Source: the human T2T-CHM13v2.0 reference genome, Homo sapiens. From it: a stretch of 64,000 nt of DNA. The translations under genes were made by a program, and so were the position numbers. Location: the NCBI RefSeq assembly GCF_009914755.1, contig NC_060936.1. One strand, 5' to 3'. Under the pieces are notes generated by a model. The model saw only the letters and a list, made by a program, of their open reading frames with translations. It did no database searches and had not been told where the DNA came from. The number at the start of each line of letters is the position of its first letter. Position 1 is the stretch's first letter. This document shows positions 40,232 through 56,749 of the stretch, one piece after another.

Positions 40232-42040
40232 GACACTTTTCATGTTTATTCACGAAATAATAAGTATGCATTCTTCAGAAGAGATTACTTTGAAGAAAAA
40301 CCCTAACTTGGGTATGTAACAATTATCATTATATTGTATAACATTTTATATACTATAAATATACATATTACCTCATTTAATCTTAGTGACCTTGTGCAAT
40401 TGGTAAAGAAGATAAGACATAAAGAGGGCTGTTGAATTATCAATTTTAAATTGATTTTATCACTTTATAATCTTATCATATGCCAAGGATTAAAGTAAAA
40501 AAAAAAGTCTGAAGTCTTTGTTTTATTGGAGAGATTTACCCCTTGGATCCTCAAGGACATTACAAACATTAATTATATCTCAGGAGATCCATAAGTAAGA
40601 GATAAGTTAAACTTAAGAATAAAATGATATGCAAACCCCAGTACTTAAGAATTCAATCACAGAAATTAAAAAATGGCAAAGTAAAAGTGAATACAATATT
40701 TTCATTCATAGAACATGATTTGAGTTCCTATTATGTGCAAAGTAGCTCACTACAAAAAAAGACAAAAGACACAGATACTGTATCTGGGCAATCATCAAAC
40801 TGGCAACCCGTTGTACTCTCTTGGCAAAGAACAAGAAAGGGGGATTTGAAAAGCATTGTGTCTACTTTAGCGTTTCCAAGCTTAGGAAAAGTTGCCCTCT
40901 CCAAAGCCCATTTTGGAACATGAAAACACCATGGTTCATTTGTTTTGCTCCCAGCCAAACAGAATGACAGCATAACTAAAATAAGAAAACAGCTGCTCTG
41001 GCTCTAAACCAGCCAATTGCAGAAGCCCAGGGATGAGGAAGGGATATTAGAGGTCAGCTGAAGGTTATAAAGAGGATTAAATGAGATCCTGTACAAAAAT
41101 CGCCCAGGAAAGCTCCTGGCTCACAGCAGACCCTACCTAGATCAGTAGGAAAAACAAAACAAGAAACAGAGACAAAGGCTTGTCTGACTCTTTATTTATT
41201 CCAGGACAGAAGTAAGGTCTCAGGAAGTTAGTTTATTTTTACACCGTGGCAGCCCAGAGCTGAGACATGAAATCTTCAGCCTGGGCTTTCCTCACCACAC
41301 TACGTAGCTAAGGCAAAATGATAAATAAATTCAAATTCAAAATGATCTGCAATGTTTGCTGAATCAAATATGACATTCATATCAAAAACTTATCAATGCA
41401 CTCTGAGAGTTTAGAACCATTCTACACAGTTCTTTAAGCAGGTGATTAAATAGGCACTTAAATCAGCACAGGCCTAAGTTATTGCCAAATTTTTGAAGAA
41501 TTGTTAATAAAATATAATACCTAATTCTGCATTGATGGGAGTTTCTCTCAGTGCTTTGAGTATGTAGCAAATGTCAGGAAGGTGCTGTACATTTATTTTG
41601 TGTGTGTGTCTGTGGCTGCCTTATGATAATAAATGAGCATCTCAAAATATTCATTTTAACTGTGTAGACATAAATTATGAGACAAACTTTCATCTCCACT
41701 CACCCTATGAAAGTCATGTGCTTTGATATCTCTGTGCCTTCTCCTCTACTTTTTTTCTCTGCCTGGTGAGTCCCCTTTCCTGTTATTTGCATGACAAATT
41801 CCAGATCATTAATCAAGATCTAGCTAACACGTCATCTCTTTTATAAAACGTCTTACCAAATCCTGCAGGAGAAGATAAATCCGCTTTCTTCACCTCTCAC
41901 CAAACCCTATTCACATCTCTCCTAAAAATAATGAGTTCCCATCATGTGTCAGATTCTGGGCTAAGAACTAAAAGAAGCTAATACTTATTATGTATTTACT
42001 ATGTGCCAAGCTGTTAAATGCAGCACCTATTTATGAATTC

Positions 42041-42192
42041 TTTTTGAGATGGGGTCCCACTCTGTCGCTCAGGCTAGAGTGCAGTGGCACATTCATAGGT
42101 CATTGCATCCTCAAACTCCTGGCCTCAAGTGATCCCCCCGCCTCAGTCTTCTGAGTAACTGGGATTACAGACAGGAGCCACTGCGCTTGGCC
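42041..42192 (-). mobile_element. Alu monomer or deleted Alu inside a MIR
   Basis: gagatggggtcccactctgtcgctcaggct...gggattacagacaggagccactgcgcttggcc. Confidence 0.85.
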
Positions 42193-43085
42193 TATGTCTA
42201 ATTTAATCCTTACAGTTCTATGAGTGTGGGGTTATTTTATGACCATTCACAGATGAGAAGACTGAAGTGCAGAGAGATTAAGTGAATTTACAAAATTGAT
42301 AAGTGTCAGGGATTTAAATACAGTCTTCATGGACTTAGTCTGCTGCCTTCTTTATAGATCTGCCAACCCTGGAAATATAGCTCAGCTTTACTTCTAGAGA
42401 TCTTAGCCCCAGGAATCTTGACTGACAGCACCAATTGCCTTCCCTCTGGATCTATTGCAGCAGCTGCTCCTAACTTACAGGACTGGCAGAAACTGGTACC
42501 AGTGTGAAGTCATTTCTGCCCAACAGGTGCCTTTAATGGGCAATTTTTGTTTGGGGAATCCCTATCCCTATTAATAGGAATCCATATTCAATTGCTCATA
42601 GAATCAGACACCTATCTGTCTGCCAATCTGAAACTATTCTGGTAAGTGGGAGGTACATATAAAGGTAAAACAGAATGGAAAGGTTGCTGAATACAGGAAA
42701 AAGTGGTATGTAGTAACATTAACACTAATATATTTAAAATAAGTTAACAGTAAACCAATTTATACACACATATAACACACACACACACACACACATAAAA
42801 TAGGCTTCTTTTGTATTAAGAAATGAAGCACTGTAAAATAGTTCTGAATTTGTGTTAGCTGTAGATTACACTATCGAAAACTATTTTTCCTATTTGTCTG
42901 TGTACATGTATATGTATGTATTCCTTTTTCTCTTCCATTAACTGAAAAGCCATGTTGAGTGGTCTTCGACCACTGCTTTTCCCCTGTGTGAGGCACAAGT
43001 GCTGCTGCTGTGTGTATATTTTTTGTATATTAGCCAATTTTTATTAATTCTTGTTTTTTTATTAAATACATTGACTTTCCTTTCT

Positions 43086-43256
43086 AGGAAGGAAAGAAGA
43101 ATGGAAGGAAGGAAGGAAGCGAGGAAGGAAGGAAGAAGGAAGGAAGGAAGGAGGGAAGGAAAAAAGGAAGTGAGGAAGGAAGGAAGTGAGCAAGGAAGGA
43201 AGGAAGTGAGGAAGGGAAGGAGAGAGGCAGGGAAGGAGGGAGGGAGGGAGGAAGGA
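43086..43256. repeat. Interrupted (GGAA)n purine tract
   Basis: Visible simple repeat. Confidence 0.95.
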
Positions 43257-44447
43257 CAGACTGAGGCATTTTTAAATCTGGGCTGCAGTCTGTGGTTCTT
43301 CCTACATCATCCTTCCTTCCTGCTCTCTCCTCATGGGTATATTGACCTGCATGACCTGCATCTCCCTGCCTGTACTTGCTTTCGACCCCTTCATCCTTCA
43401 CAGGGCTTTCTCTAATTAGTCCTTCGCATATCTAATCTCACCTTGGTGTCTGCTTCTCAGAGAACCTAAACAGAGACAATACATATGAGAATGATTGCTG
43501 CCTCAAATAACTGAGTTATTCTAGAAAAATGGACACATAACATTTTTAAAACACAATTTATTGTAATCACTCCTATAACTATAGCAGATATAAAGTGTCT
43601 CGAGAATACAGATAAGGAAACAACCGTTCCTGTCTGGAGTAGAGGAATGTGTGTTAGGGAAAGGTGCAAGGAAATAACGACTTTTAGGTTGGAACCCAGA
43701 AGAATTGTTAGAATAACAGATAAGAGTATTTCAGAAGAGATGATAACATCAGGAAGGACACAGAGGTATGTAAGTGTTACGTATGTTTAGGAAATAAGGT
43801 ACTTTTCCATTCCTGGAAAATTGTTTCACTGATGCAAAACACTTTTAAAACACGGATCAGCAAGGCATTCTTCATTTAGAGCGTCCAATTTCAATGAACC
43901 TTCCAGCCTCAGTCTTCCCAAGGCCAAGGGAAGCATGAACTATTGCCAGCTGCATGACCCATCCCTCCTTTTCCCACTTTCCCTCATCCCTCCCTTCTGT
44001 CTGCATGTATTGTACGTAACATGTGCCAGGCAGCAGACAGATCCTCAGAAAAAGACCTATAGATTTAGATAAAAGTGTGACACAAAATGTTCTGAGAAAA
44101 ACAGAAGTCTACAGGGAAATAAACTTTCCCTGCCTCTACTATTTCCTTTCCAGGAGACAGAGACAGAAAGACCAGCTTAGGTTAAACTATATGAGAATGA
44201 GGCCTAGTTAGTACTGACATACTCTGCAATGAAGTATAAGTCTCTGTGGATATAATAATACTAAAAAATCTAAGGGATAGATTTTTCTATCTCTTAGAAA
44301 TTATTTCTGTCCCTTAGTATTATTTTCACTTTGATGGATACATTCCTGCATTCCCAGGGATGTAGCTCACTTATTATAGGAGGTGTGCTAGGTGTAGATA
44401 TTTCAGAAATACAGAAACACAAATGAGAAAATAAAAACCACTTATAA

Positions 44448-44879
44448 TGAAAGGGGCCCCATAGTCCTATAGAAATAATACTTACTGGTTTTTAAATAAA
44501 CATAGAAATTGACACTTCTGATCTTAAAACTTGAAATTTACATTTGTCTCATCTGAGTTCCTCCCTTAGGAAACTGATCTTCAGGTAAGGGACTGAAGCT
44601 CACCAGATCATCACATCCAGACAATGAGATGCCAGAACCCTCATTCCTCATGATTGCTTCTTTATCCTTTCCTAATTCCTGTTTTACATTCCTTCCCTGT
44701 TTATATAAATCCCCCAATTTTAGTCAGATGGGGAGATGAGTATGAGGCTGATCTCTCATTCTCCTAGGCTGCAGCACCTGAAAAAGCCTTCTTCCCTGGC
44801 AATACTCATTTTCTCAGTAACTGGCTTTCTGCCCCACCAGCAAGGGGACCCAGATCAAAAACATGGCATCTCAGTAACA
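44448..44879 (+). mobile_element. ERV1 (MER4-group) solo LTR, family uncertain
   Basis: TG...CA bounds, a TATATAAA box and taaacatagaaattgac...cttgaaa...catttgt motifs. Confidence 0.65.
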
Positions 44880-45149
44880 ATTCTATGGCCTAGGGCCATC
44901 TATGTGCATGTGGATATGTTTGATATAAATGTTCCACAGCATGGAACATTTTATAAACTGCTTGTGTTACTTAATGCTGTATCATGAGGTCTTCCTACAA
45001 TTAAGAAAGTTTCTCCTACCTCAATTTCTGAAATATTTTTCTTTTTATTTTCTGCTCTTTCTTTCCCTGACTTTTCTTCCTCTAATTTTCTCTTAAATCT
45101 TGAAGTTTCCTTGGATTGACATTTTTCTCTACTCATTCAACCTAGTCTT

Positions 45150-45463
<314 letters not shown>

Positions 45464-46597
45464 TGAGTGTGTCAGGGTCATCATTCATTGATGTCCACTG
45501 CTGCCCATGCACCAATGTCTCTCCTTCAAGGTTGCCCTCATAAGCTCCAGGCCTATGTTTTCTCAGTGCCCATTAAACATCTCAAGTTCTATATCTCACA
45601 TGTAACTCAAACTCAATTAATCAGAAACCGAACTCAGTTCATGACATGATCCTCAAACCAGTTTGTGCGAAAGACTTGTTTTGATTTTTAGGAAGCATTG
45701 GTTAAATACTAAAGCCAAGAGGCTATTATTCTTGAATTTTCCCTCTTTCTTACTCCCAGTATCCATCAGTCACTAAGGATGACCTTTTCTACATGCAACC
45801 GTCTCTCCCATGGTTTTGTAAAAACATCAAAGGGAAAGAGGGTGAAGGCCAAATTTATTTGTTTGATTTTTTTAACATGGAGAAATTTAAGGAATATTTA
45901 TAGATAGCAAGAGAAGAAGCTAGTGATAAGAATGAAATGTACAATACAACAGAAGGAAAAAAGATAAGGCAAGTTTCCTAAGAATGTGGGGATTGAAATC
46001 TTAGAATAGTTGTAAGAACCTGAAGGAAAAAATGTAAGGATAGGTCAAAATCTACATTTGGGGCCAGCATGGGGGGGACACTGAAGGAGTTCATAATTTA
46101 TTTAATTATCAATTAGGTCATCTGCTAAAAATGAAAGAAAGAAGTGAAAATGGGTTCATTTGAAAAGATTCATTGTGGCTATTTGATCTTGAACATTAGT
46201 GGATGGAGCTTAGTAGAGGTAAGCAATTATCTGTTTGCATGTTCATCTTTGTCTTCAATATCCAAAACCATGCCTGGAATACAGCAGGCCCTCAGTAAAC
46301 ATCATATAGTTTAAGGTCCACAGTGGAAGAAACCAGCTCTTATTCATATAAATGCCCTCAGCAAGTAACATTGTGCCTAGTCATTGTGGAAACTCAAGTC
46401 AAAAGAATGAATTGCTCTATAGAAAATTTTATAAAAACATTATCAGCCACATTCTCTGAAACTGGAAGTTCCTCATATTATCCCCTTAAGTTGAACTTTA
46501 TTAGAAAGAAACAAACACTATCCATGTTAATATCAACGATTCTTTCATTCAAATAATTCTTAGAATAATTGGTATCATTAAAAAGTAAGTAATTTCT

Positions 46598-46988
<391 letters not shown>

Positions 46989-47140
46989 TCAATTTTCAAG
47001 AATTATACCAAAATATTCATTATACTTTAGTTATCCAAGACAAGAAACTGAACCCATTTTCCTTTAAAATACTTAAAATATTTCTTGTAGATGTAAAAAC
47101 AACTAAGGAAAGCTAATAAATTCTCAGAAAATATATTTTA

Positions 47141-47347
<207 letters not shown>

Positions 47348-48031
47348 CTAATTTCAACAATAGGTCATTGACATTTCATCCAACCTTCACACCTTCAGTC
47401 TTTTGAGATGGCACTAATGATGATGACTAAGTCTTGTGTGTGTGTCAAAGGAAGATATGGGTTGAAGAATCTCCTTTGCATGCTATGAATACATGAAGCT
47501 TTTGTTTTCCGCCTGCAGCTACTATATGAGAGACCTGGACTTCTTGATTGCTTCCGGGACTTATTTGGAATATAAAGGTGTCCTGAAGTCTTGACTTAAG
47601 ATGAACTTTACTGATTTCTTTTAGCAAGGCTGTCCTCCAGTATCTGATTCTTCCCTATTATAACAAGCATTCTGATGCAAGCCTGACACATTTGTTTTAT
47701 CTCCTTTGTAATAATTCCACTCGACTAAGAAATATTCTTTTCTCTAATGTGACTCAAATTCTATGTTTTGGAAGTATTTAGGACTTTTTTGTAGTTACTA
47801 AACTATACATAATTTTTATATTGAATATATTAATTCAAAAATAATTTTGTAAGCAAGTGGAAGGACAAGTTTCATGAGATGTTTTAAAGGAGCTCTTAAA
47901 ACCACTAATGAAAAAATGTCCAAAGTAATCATTTAAGTGACTATGTAAGAATGTCTTTTCTAGCCTCAGGTCTGAAAATGTTCCAAATTAGCACATTCCA
48001 ATAAATTAAAATACTGATTAGATAGAATTTA

Positions 48032-48193
<162 letters not shown>

Positions 48194-48630
48194 CTAATTC
48201 AGTGATTCCTAAGCATCAGATTATATATTATATATTTCATGTATTTTAATAAATAATGTTGATTATTCTATTAAGTAAATGTGTTCACATAGACTTAATA
48301 TTTAAGTACATATTTAATACACATTGTCAATATATATTTTGAATTAAAATCTCATGAAGTCTCTCTCAGCTTCAGATTGACATATCAACCCTTAATGAGT
48401 TCATCATTGAATTAGAACTTGCCTGCATATAAATGTATTCTTATTTGTACAGCTATTTACAAGTTTTGTCAAATGAAGGGTAAAATACTGTTCACATGAC
48501 ATAACACATTTTCAAAGGTTATTAATTCCTTGATATTTGGAACAAAATTAATAAGTTATGATGTCTAAATTGTTAAATTTGAATAGTGAAACCTTAAGTG
48601 ATTGAAGTAGAAAGCATTTCAAGCACCTAC

Positions 48631-48690
48631 CTTAATAATGCATCATAGAGTTTTTTTCCAAACTTTTCCTTCACAGAATGTGCAACATCC
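48631..48690 (-). CDS. GYS2: GYS2 exon 9
   Basis: 60 nt; (W)DVAHSVKEKFGKKLYDALL(R). Confidence 0.96.
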
Positions 48691-49364
48691 CTGTTTGAAA
48701 CAGAAAGATTTATCATTTAAACAGTATGACAATGTTTAATCTTTATTTGTCACGATAATGCTATTGTTTTGTTGACATTCTTTGAAATTACATTCTTTGA
48801 AATTACAGGTATCTTTTTTATAGTCTCTTCTATTATTTTACTACTTGCCAATTCAGCTTAAGTTGACATCTCCAGAGCTGAGGCAACAGAACACCATGGC
48901 CAGCACAAAGAGCTTAAAATTTTTTTGCTTCATGATGATTGGAACAGGATAGAGAGCAGAGAGGGGGAGTAGATGAAGGTATAGGTGTAACAAGACGGGA
49001 ATTCGTTGATCATTGTTGAATCTGAACTATGAGTATACAGGGAGTCATATTACTAAGCTTTTTACTTGACATGTTCTTAGAATTTCACAATAGAAAGTTA
49101 AAAAATGTTTGACTCATCTTTAAAGATTTCTACAGGGCCTTGTTCCTTCAATGGTAGCTCATTCCAAAATTTGTATAACACCTATAATGTTATAACCATT
49201 ACGATAACCTAAAATAGTAGCACGATGAAAAGAGAGTCAAGTATTATTTGTCTGTAATAATCTTAAGGAAAAAACAAAGTTCAAGGCGATACATGAGATG
49301 TCATTCACTTAAAAGAAATCTTTTCACATTTATTGCTAGAGAACATTCACAGGTTGTGAGATTA

Positions 49365-49502
<138 letters not shown>

Positions 49503-51884
49503 CTATCAAAGATTTTTAAAAAGTATGATAGATGGAACTTAAACATTGAAAAGTAGAGTTTTAAAATATCAGTAGATAAAAGGTATAGTTATTTATGTTT
49601 CACAGAGAGATTATATTCACCTTCCTGAGACTTTTTCAGAAATTTTAATTAAAATCAAAATAAATTTTAAATTTTCAGTCTGTACTTGCCAATAAACAAA
49701 TTGACTTTCAATCAGTATTTGTCAGTTAACAATTTGAAAATTCAAACAAAATATTTTCGTGCCTTTGACCATCTAGAATAGATAACAATTGCTATTGATG
49801 ACACTGTGCTTTTCTGTGGTTAAAAAAATAGCATGAATGAGAGCTAATATTACAAGACCAAAATTAGTTCTTTAAAATTTCAGATTGGAAGTTTAATGAA
49901 GATTTAAGCTTTGGTAAAAGCTAAAATAATATTTCAATTTTTTTGCTTATTCATGTTGATTGATGACAGATAGATTATTTTTACTTTTCCGCTAAATGTC
50001 TTGATTCTCATGATGTTGTATTTTGGTTTTTAGCCCTAAAGCAAAGAAACAAGCACATGACAAGCACTTTTGGGATAGCAGACACTGTGCTGGGTGCTTT
50101 AAATATACTACTAATAATCATGTACAATAGGCATTTCTCTCCTCATTTTATTAATGTCAAAAGAAAGGAATGAGAGGTTAAATATTTTCTCTGAGTCCTA
50201 TAACAGGTTAGTGCCAAAGCTGACATTTAAACTGCTGGCTTAGCATCTCTCAAAAGGAAATGACTTGTTAAGAAGCTGTAAGAATGAAAGCATAAACTCA
50301 CTTAAAATCATGAACCTCTATGAAGGTTTATGTGTTCTGGAAATGACTGACTAGCTCCAGAGTGTGGGGCACTTTACCGTCTAGTATGCAGCCTCGGCCC
50401 TCTAGGGCCTGACATTTTATTAGGGAAAGCTACTGAAGGCATACAATAGGAAACTCACCCTAGGAACAGCCAAGGTGCTATCAAAAAATAAATGTACTAT
50501 GTGGAAAGAGAATTCCTTCTTTTAACTTCTCCAAGTATTGCAGTTATCTTTTATGTCTAGTATAATAGTAATCAGTCTTTTCTTCATATCTATAAATAAA
50601 GTGAATATTTAATAACTATATAAATGCATTTATTAATAATGTCCCTAAAGATTGTATATGTGATATAGTTGTGAGTCCATTATAAAGCTTGTTGAATGAA
50701 TATATACTAGGAAATATTAAGTAAGGTTATTTAAGAATAATCTTTTTAGTCTTCAGTTCTGTTTTGCATAGTTGGATTTTATTAATAAATCGCTTGTTTA
50801 TTAACGTGGCTTTAGTAAATTTTTTTAGCATATTTGGCATAATGTCTGCTCTAAAGCAAAAAATTTATGTCCAAGAAATAAAAATTTAACTGGAGGGTAG
50901 TACAGAACTCAGGAAAGTTTAGATTTTCTCATTATCTCATTAAGATTGAAATTCTACACTCTTCTCCTGTGAATATTTTCCTATTACTTATTCTACATTT
51001 TTATGTGATGGGATTGGAATATAAACCAATAGCTGCCATCAATAGCTATGACATGGTATCTTTTTTTATAGTTGCTTTTATTTATGCATATTGTGTTGCT
51101 CGGTTAGTTGAGAACCCACTTTGTATCCCACCTTCCTGAGTAAAAAAAATGATTTCACATGGTTGGGAGTAAGAACCTTCTTTTTCCTCCTTCATGCTTT
51201 CATGTGGTGTGACATCCACTAGTTCAAGAGTTTAAAACTCTTAGTCGCAGGGAGGTGGTGTGGCTGGGGAGGTGAGTGAACCGAGTGTGTATGTGTCTGC
51301 CCTGTTCTATAGAGAGTTCGTGCTGTCGGGTTTGGCTGCCAGCTATGTGGCACGTGCTACTCTGAAGGCCTGCTTCAGTCGGGAGAGGAGAGTGATGGTC
51401 AGAGCTTCCTATGATTAAATGGCTAAGAGTCATAACAAGGTTCAGTATTAGGATGCGTATTGTCATGTGCATAAGCCACATCTTCCATTATAGTCTTCAC
51501 TGATTTTCTGAAAATTGATATTTTGCTCTGCATTTACTGGATTTCTCTATATTTACTTTTCAATTGATTACAAACTCATGTGAGGGAAAAGGGATGTTAT
51601 AATGACTTATTAAAACATAGAAGGGGAGAATGGGATAAGCTTAATGAGACATATAATGGGATAAGCTTAAGATTCTCCAAAAAAAAAAAAAAAAAAAAAA
51701 GATGACATTATAGACAAACACACAAGTCAACAGTGTGGTAACTCCAATATGTAAATTGAAAGGCTGAAGCCATTTTTAGAATACGATTATCGTTTATTCT
51801 CTTGAAAACTATTTAAGAAGCCAAAAAATTCTTCACTTCCCACAGAAGAAAGTTCTCCCTACAAGAGTGTTATACCATGTCCTA

Positions 51885-52043
<159 letters not shown>

Positions 52044-52190
52044 TCAAATGAAATACAGCAACAGTAACAAAATGTACACATGAATTCTGTTAATGTACAA
52101 AGGGGGCTGGGAAAGATAAACATTTATTATTACAATTCTGTTTTCTCTCTACCAAAGATCACTCATATCTGATACTTCTTTTTCTTTTTA

Positions 52191-52343
<153 letters not shown>

Positions 52344-53181
52344 TTATTATGAAAATTCTCTTTTCAAAGAGGGTACCATTGTAGAAAAAAGTATCTTTAA
52401 AACTATAAAGTTAGATGTTTATTGACATTCTACTTTCTGACTACCATAAAATTTAAAATTTATAAAACTTCCAGTTCATAAAAAATTCATAAAAATTCGC
52501 AACAAATTTGGTCTACTGATTGAAATAGGAAATCAGAAATGCCTGACCAAAATAACAATGAAGCACTGGTACAATGAAACAAGTTAATCAATAACAATAA
52601 TAATGGTTATTATAGTACTCATTTATTGATTATTTAATGTGTACCAGGTGTTGCTCTAAAGGCTTAGAGTGTAACTCAATCTCTTCAACAAACCAAGGGA
52701 GTGAGTGCTCTTATCTGCATTTTCAGAGGTGGAAACTCAGGCACAGAGTTGTTTAAAGACGCCGTCCAAGAACACACAGCTGGTAAGTCGAAGCAGAATC
52801 CATGCAGTCTGACCCCACATACTGTTTCCTTAACCCTGCACTAAACTACCTCCTGCCATCTTGTTTTCCACAAGTGTATGGGACACCTTTTGTGCATTTG
52901 GAAAATTGGAAAAGGAAACCTCTTACTTCTAATTTCTATTCTTATTTCCATCTCTTATTTCTAACACAACTGATTCATTCTTCCCAGGAGATTTTGTTGC
53001 TCAGGCAGAAAGACATTCTTGGTTTTCAAAACATTGGTCTGTGACAAGAAAGAGAGGGACCACTCTGAGCATATGACGGAAACTACCTACTGAGTTGAAT
53101 ACATGGGTTATCAGATTTAGCAGCATAAAGCAAAAACAAGAAAAAAGAAGCTATGTTAAAAAAAAATGTGGCATAGGGCTA

Positions 53182-53535
<354 letters not shown>

Positions 53536-54171
53536 TTATTAAGTAATCTGACCTTTGTTACACTCTTTTATATACATGGCCACAGTAGAATCAATTTTAA
53601 GTAGCCAAGGTTTCCAGTGAAAGCTTTCATGTGAATAATTCCTAAATGAACTATATAATGTGATTCGTACAGTATGACAATTACATCTTAAAATGTATTT
53701 ATCTTTCTACAGCAATTATGTAGGGCTCACTTTGTGCCAGGCCCTATTATATTTGATATATAATAATTTTTAAAAATCCCTATGAGGTAAATTGTTTTCA
53801 CTGTCCCCATTTTACAAATAACGAAACTGGCCTGCAGAATATTAAGTCATTTGCCCAATGTCAAGTAAGCACAAAGTAACAGAGGCTGGATTTAGAACCA
53901 AAGCAGCCTGGCTCAGGAGTTTCCACCCTTTTGATGCAGTGGTGTCATACAACTGTACCATACAAAAGCTATAGAAGGCAAGAATGTATGTGGATACCAG
54001 CTTATTATGGATTGTAATCCTCAGCAGTTTTCCAAATTGTTTCACAAACAATTATAAAAAAAAGATCTGTGTCCTGAAATTGTCTGTTCATTAGCCTAAA
54101 GTGTTAGGCCAGTGAGGTCTTCTAATATCCATATTTATAACAGAATAATCTCACATGCACAGGCCTATGTG

Positions 54172-54560
54172 CAGTCATATGCTGGTAAAATTTAACAAAG
54201 AGTACTCCAGGAAAAAGAGAGAAAAAGAGAGAGAGAGAGAGATAATTTTAGTGTTTGCCTTTCTCCAAGGTGTAAATATTCCCATCATGACTGATTTCAA
54301 GCTACCAATGTAAATGCAGAGTTGGGAAGAAAAGTGCAGTAACACCATTATACTATTTCCATCCATGAAATATATATATATATATATATATGGATGTTAC
54401 TGCACCATTATATAGGTTATAGGTTTTAGGTTATTTGTATGTAATGGTGCGCAGTAACATATAATGGTATTACTGCACTACTATATACAAATAACCTAAA
54501 ATCATAGTAAAATGTAGTAAAATAACCAGGAAATGATGTTAAATTAGTTAAATTAATTTG
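54172..54560. mobile_element. MER63-like relic with internal (TA)n and rearranged inserts
   Basis: cagtcatatgctggtaaaatttaac start; gatttcaagctaccaa and tagtaaaatgtagtaaaataa motifs. Confidence 0.7.
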
Positions 54561-56749
54561 ATTAATTTAATTTAATTAGTTTATATAAATACATGTATTA
54601 TTACATAATAAATTAGTGTATATAAGTTATATGCTCATATCATTTAAATTTTTAAAAAATCAAAATATTGACCTTGAAAAATCTCCTTTTCACTTCCGTT
54701 CCATAATTTTTTCCTTTCCCTGGAAGCAACATTGGTCACTAATTTCTTGCTATTGTTCCCAAGTAGAAGACAATGTTACCCACCTTTCTGATGTTAACAA
54801 CGCCAACACAAAAGAAAAACGTTGACTAAAGGATGGTATTAGCTAGAGTTCATAGTAAGGTATTAGCATGGGCTCCAAAATCAATAATTGCAACACTATT
54901 AATGACTATATTAAAGGGAAAATGACAAATTTTTTTAAAGCAACATAAGATATTTAAGGCATATGTTGTATTCAGTTTTGTATCTGTAATTGGTAAATTT
55001 ATCATACTGCCTTCTCTCCAATATTTTTAAGAAAATATCACCTTTTCAACATCTTAAACTATTTTGAGTCAAATTTATGGCAAAAGCATAATGATATAGT
55101 AATAAATATAAGCTTTTGCCAATTATTATTATATAGTGACATTTTGAAAAATATCTGGTCCCATGCATGTTTTTCACCCAGCCAATTTTCCTCTTGCTCT
55201 GTAGTTGCACCCTCAGCGTTAAAAGTAATGGCTGTAGTTAAACTTTTAATCGGGGAAGACTTCAAGAAAAATCAAGGAATACAAAGTCATAGTTACACTA
55301 TGTGATCTTTTTTTTTTTTTCAGAATGCTCTTGGGAAGGTTTATATGTTTAATGATCTACTAAAAGTCCATTGACCTTCTTGAGCCACAAAATGTTCAGA
55401 GATTTCACAATTTCCATCAGAGCCACCACATGATTCTACTGCAAGTCTGAAGAAGCCCAGATTGCAGTGTTTATGGTTTCTGGTAGAACTTCCAGAGAAA
55501 GCTAGCTTGTGGGCACTCAGTAATAGATGAGAACTTGGGGAAAATCTAGACAGTGATCCACACAAAATAATAATCGATATTTTCTAAATCTTTACAATGT
55601 ACCAGGCACTGAGCTGAGTTTTTTCCATATGTTAACGTTTGAATCATTGCAATGATTCTAGATAAGAGAAAGGATTATCCACATTATGCAGATAAGACAC
55701 AGAGAGCTTAAGTAACTTTTATAATGTCACACAGCTAGTAACGTATACTCAACATAAAATCATTTTTGGTACTGAATACAGGCAGTTTGGCAAAAAGCTC
55801 ATGCTTTGACCACTACTCTGTAGCTATATTCTTAAGAAAACAAAAATTTAAGAAAATAGTATATAGAGAAAGCAGGACCTAGAATAGAATCTTGGAGAAT
55901 GTCCACTTTGAAAAGTAAAAGAAAGTAGAAAAATGATTAGAGGCACCAGAAAAGATTATACTGGAAAGAAAGTAGAATGTGCAGTGTCATGAAAAATAAT
56001 GGAAACAGATGTTCACCGCCTTTAAATGCTAGAGAATATAAAGAAAAATAAAAAACATTAGATGACCCTGAATTCGATGATTTTTGGAAACACAATTTTA
56101 GGCCAGAGTTGGAGGTCGGAAGCCAGAGTCCCAGGGGCTAATGAGTAAGTGAACCTAGCAATTATGGTTTACTCTTATAAGATATTTGGCAGCAGGAGAA
56201 AGGAGGAGATGGTATGATATTTGGCAGGGTAGAAACCTCAAGAGAAATTTTCATTTTAGAATAGGCAAAAACAAAGAAAGTATTTTTGTGAGCTCAGAGA
56301 AAGATAACTGTAGACAGGAAAAAGGAAGATCCAAGAGAGAAATGAGCATATTGATGGAATAAACTCCCAAAAGAAGAATGAGAGTAAGAATCCAAGCGAA
56401 TTCAAGAGAATCCTTGGAAAGAAAAAAGGCTACTATAGGTTCTTAATGCTGCCACTATTCAAATTAGTTGGGTTCTTGTTCTATCTTGTTTTTTTTTTTT
56501 TTTTTAACCTAGCACCTTGAAATACCTCTTCTACACATTCTGCTATCTGAAAGAAGGACAACTAGAGACAAGACCACAGAAATTAAGCAAGGAGGATATA
56601 TTAATTAGGATGATTTCGTTGCAAGTAATATAAACCTACTAATGCTGGCTTAAGTATAATAACAAGGAATTTATTAATAGGATGCCGGAGTGTCTCATGG
56701 CAAATATTTAGCTGAGCCTTAGGAATGATTTTTAAAAGTGGTCAAAACT

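Noticed and set aside
43086-43256. GGAA tract as an EWSR1-FLI1 response microsatellite
   Set aside because: It is heavily interrupted, with only about four consecutive GGAA units.
51351-51356. CACGTG E-box as the clock element of GYS2
   Set aside because: A single hexamer in intron 7. The reported CLOCK-responsive E-boxes are in intron 1, which is outside this window.
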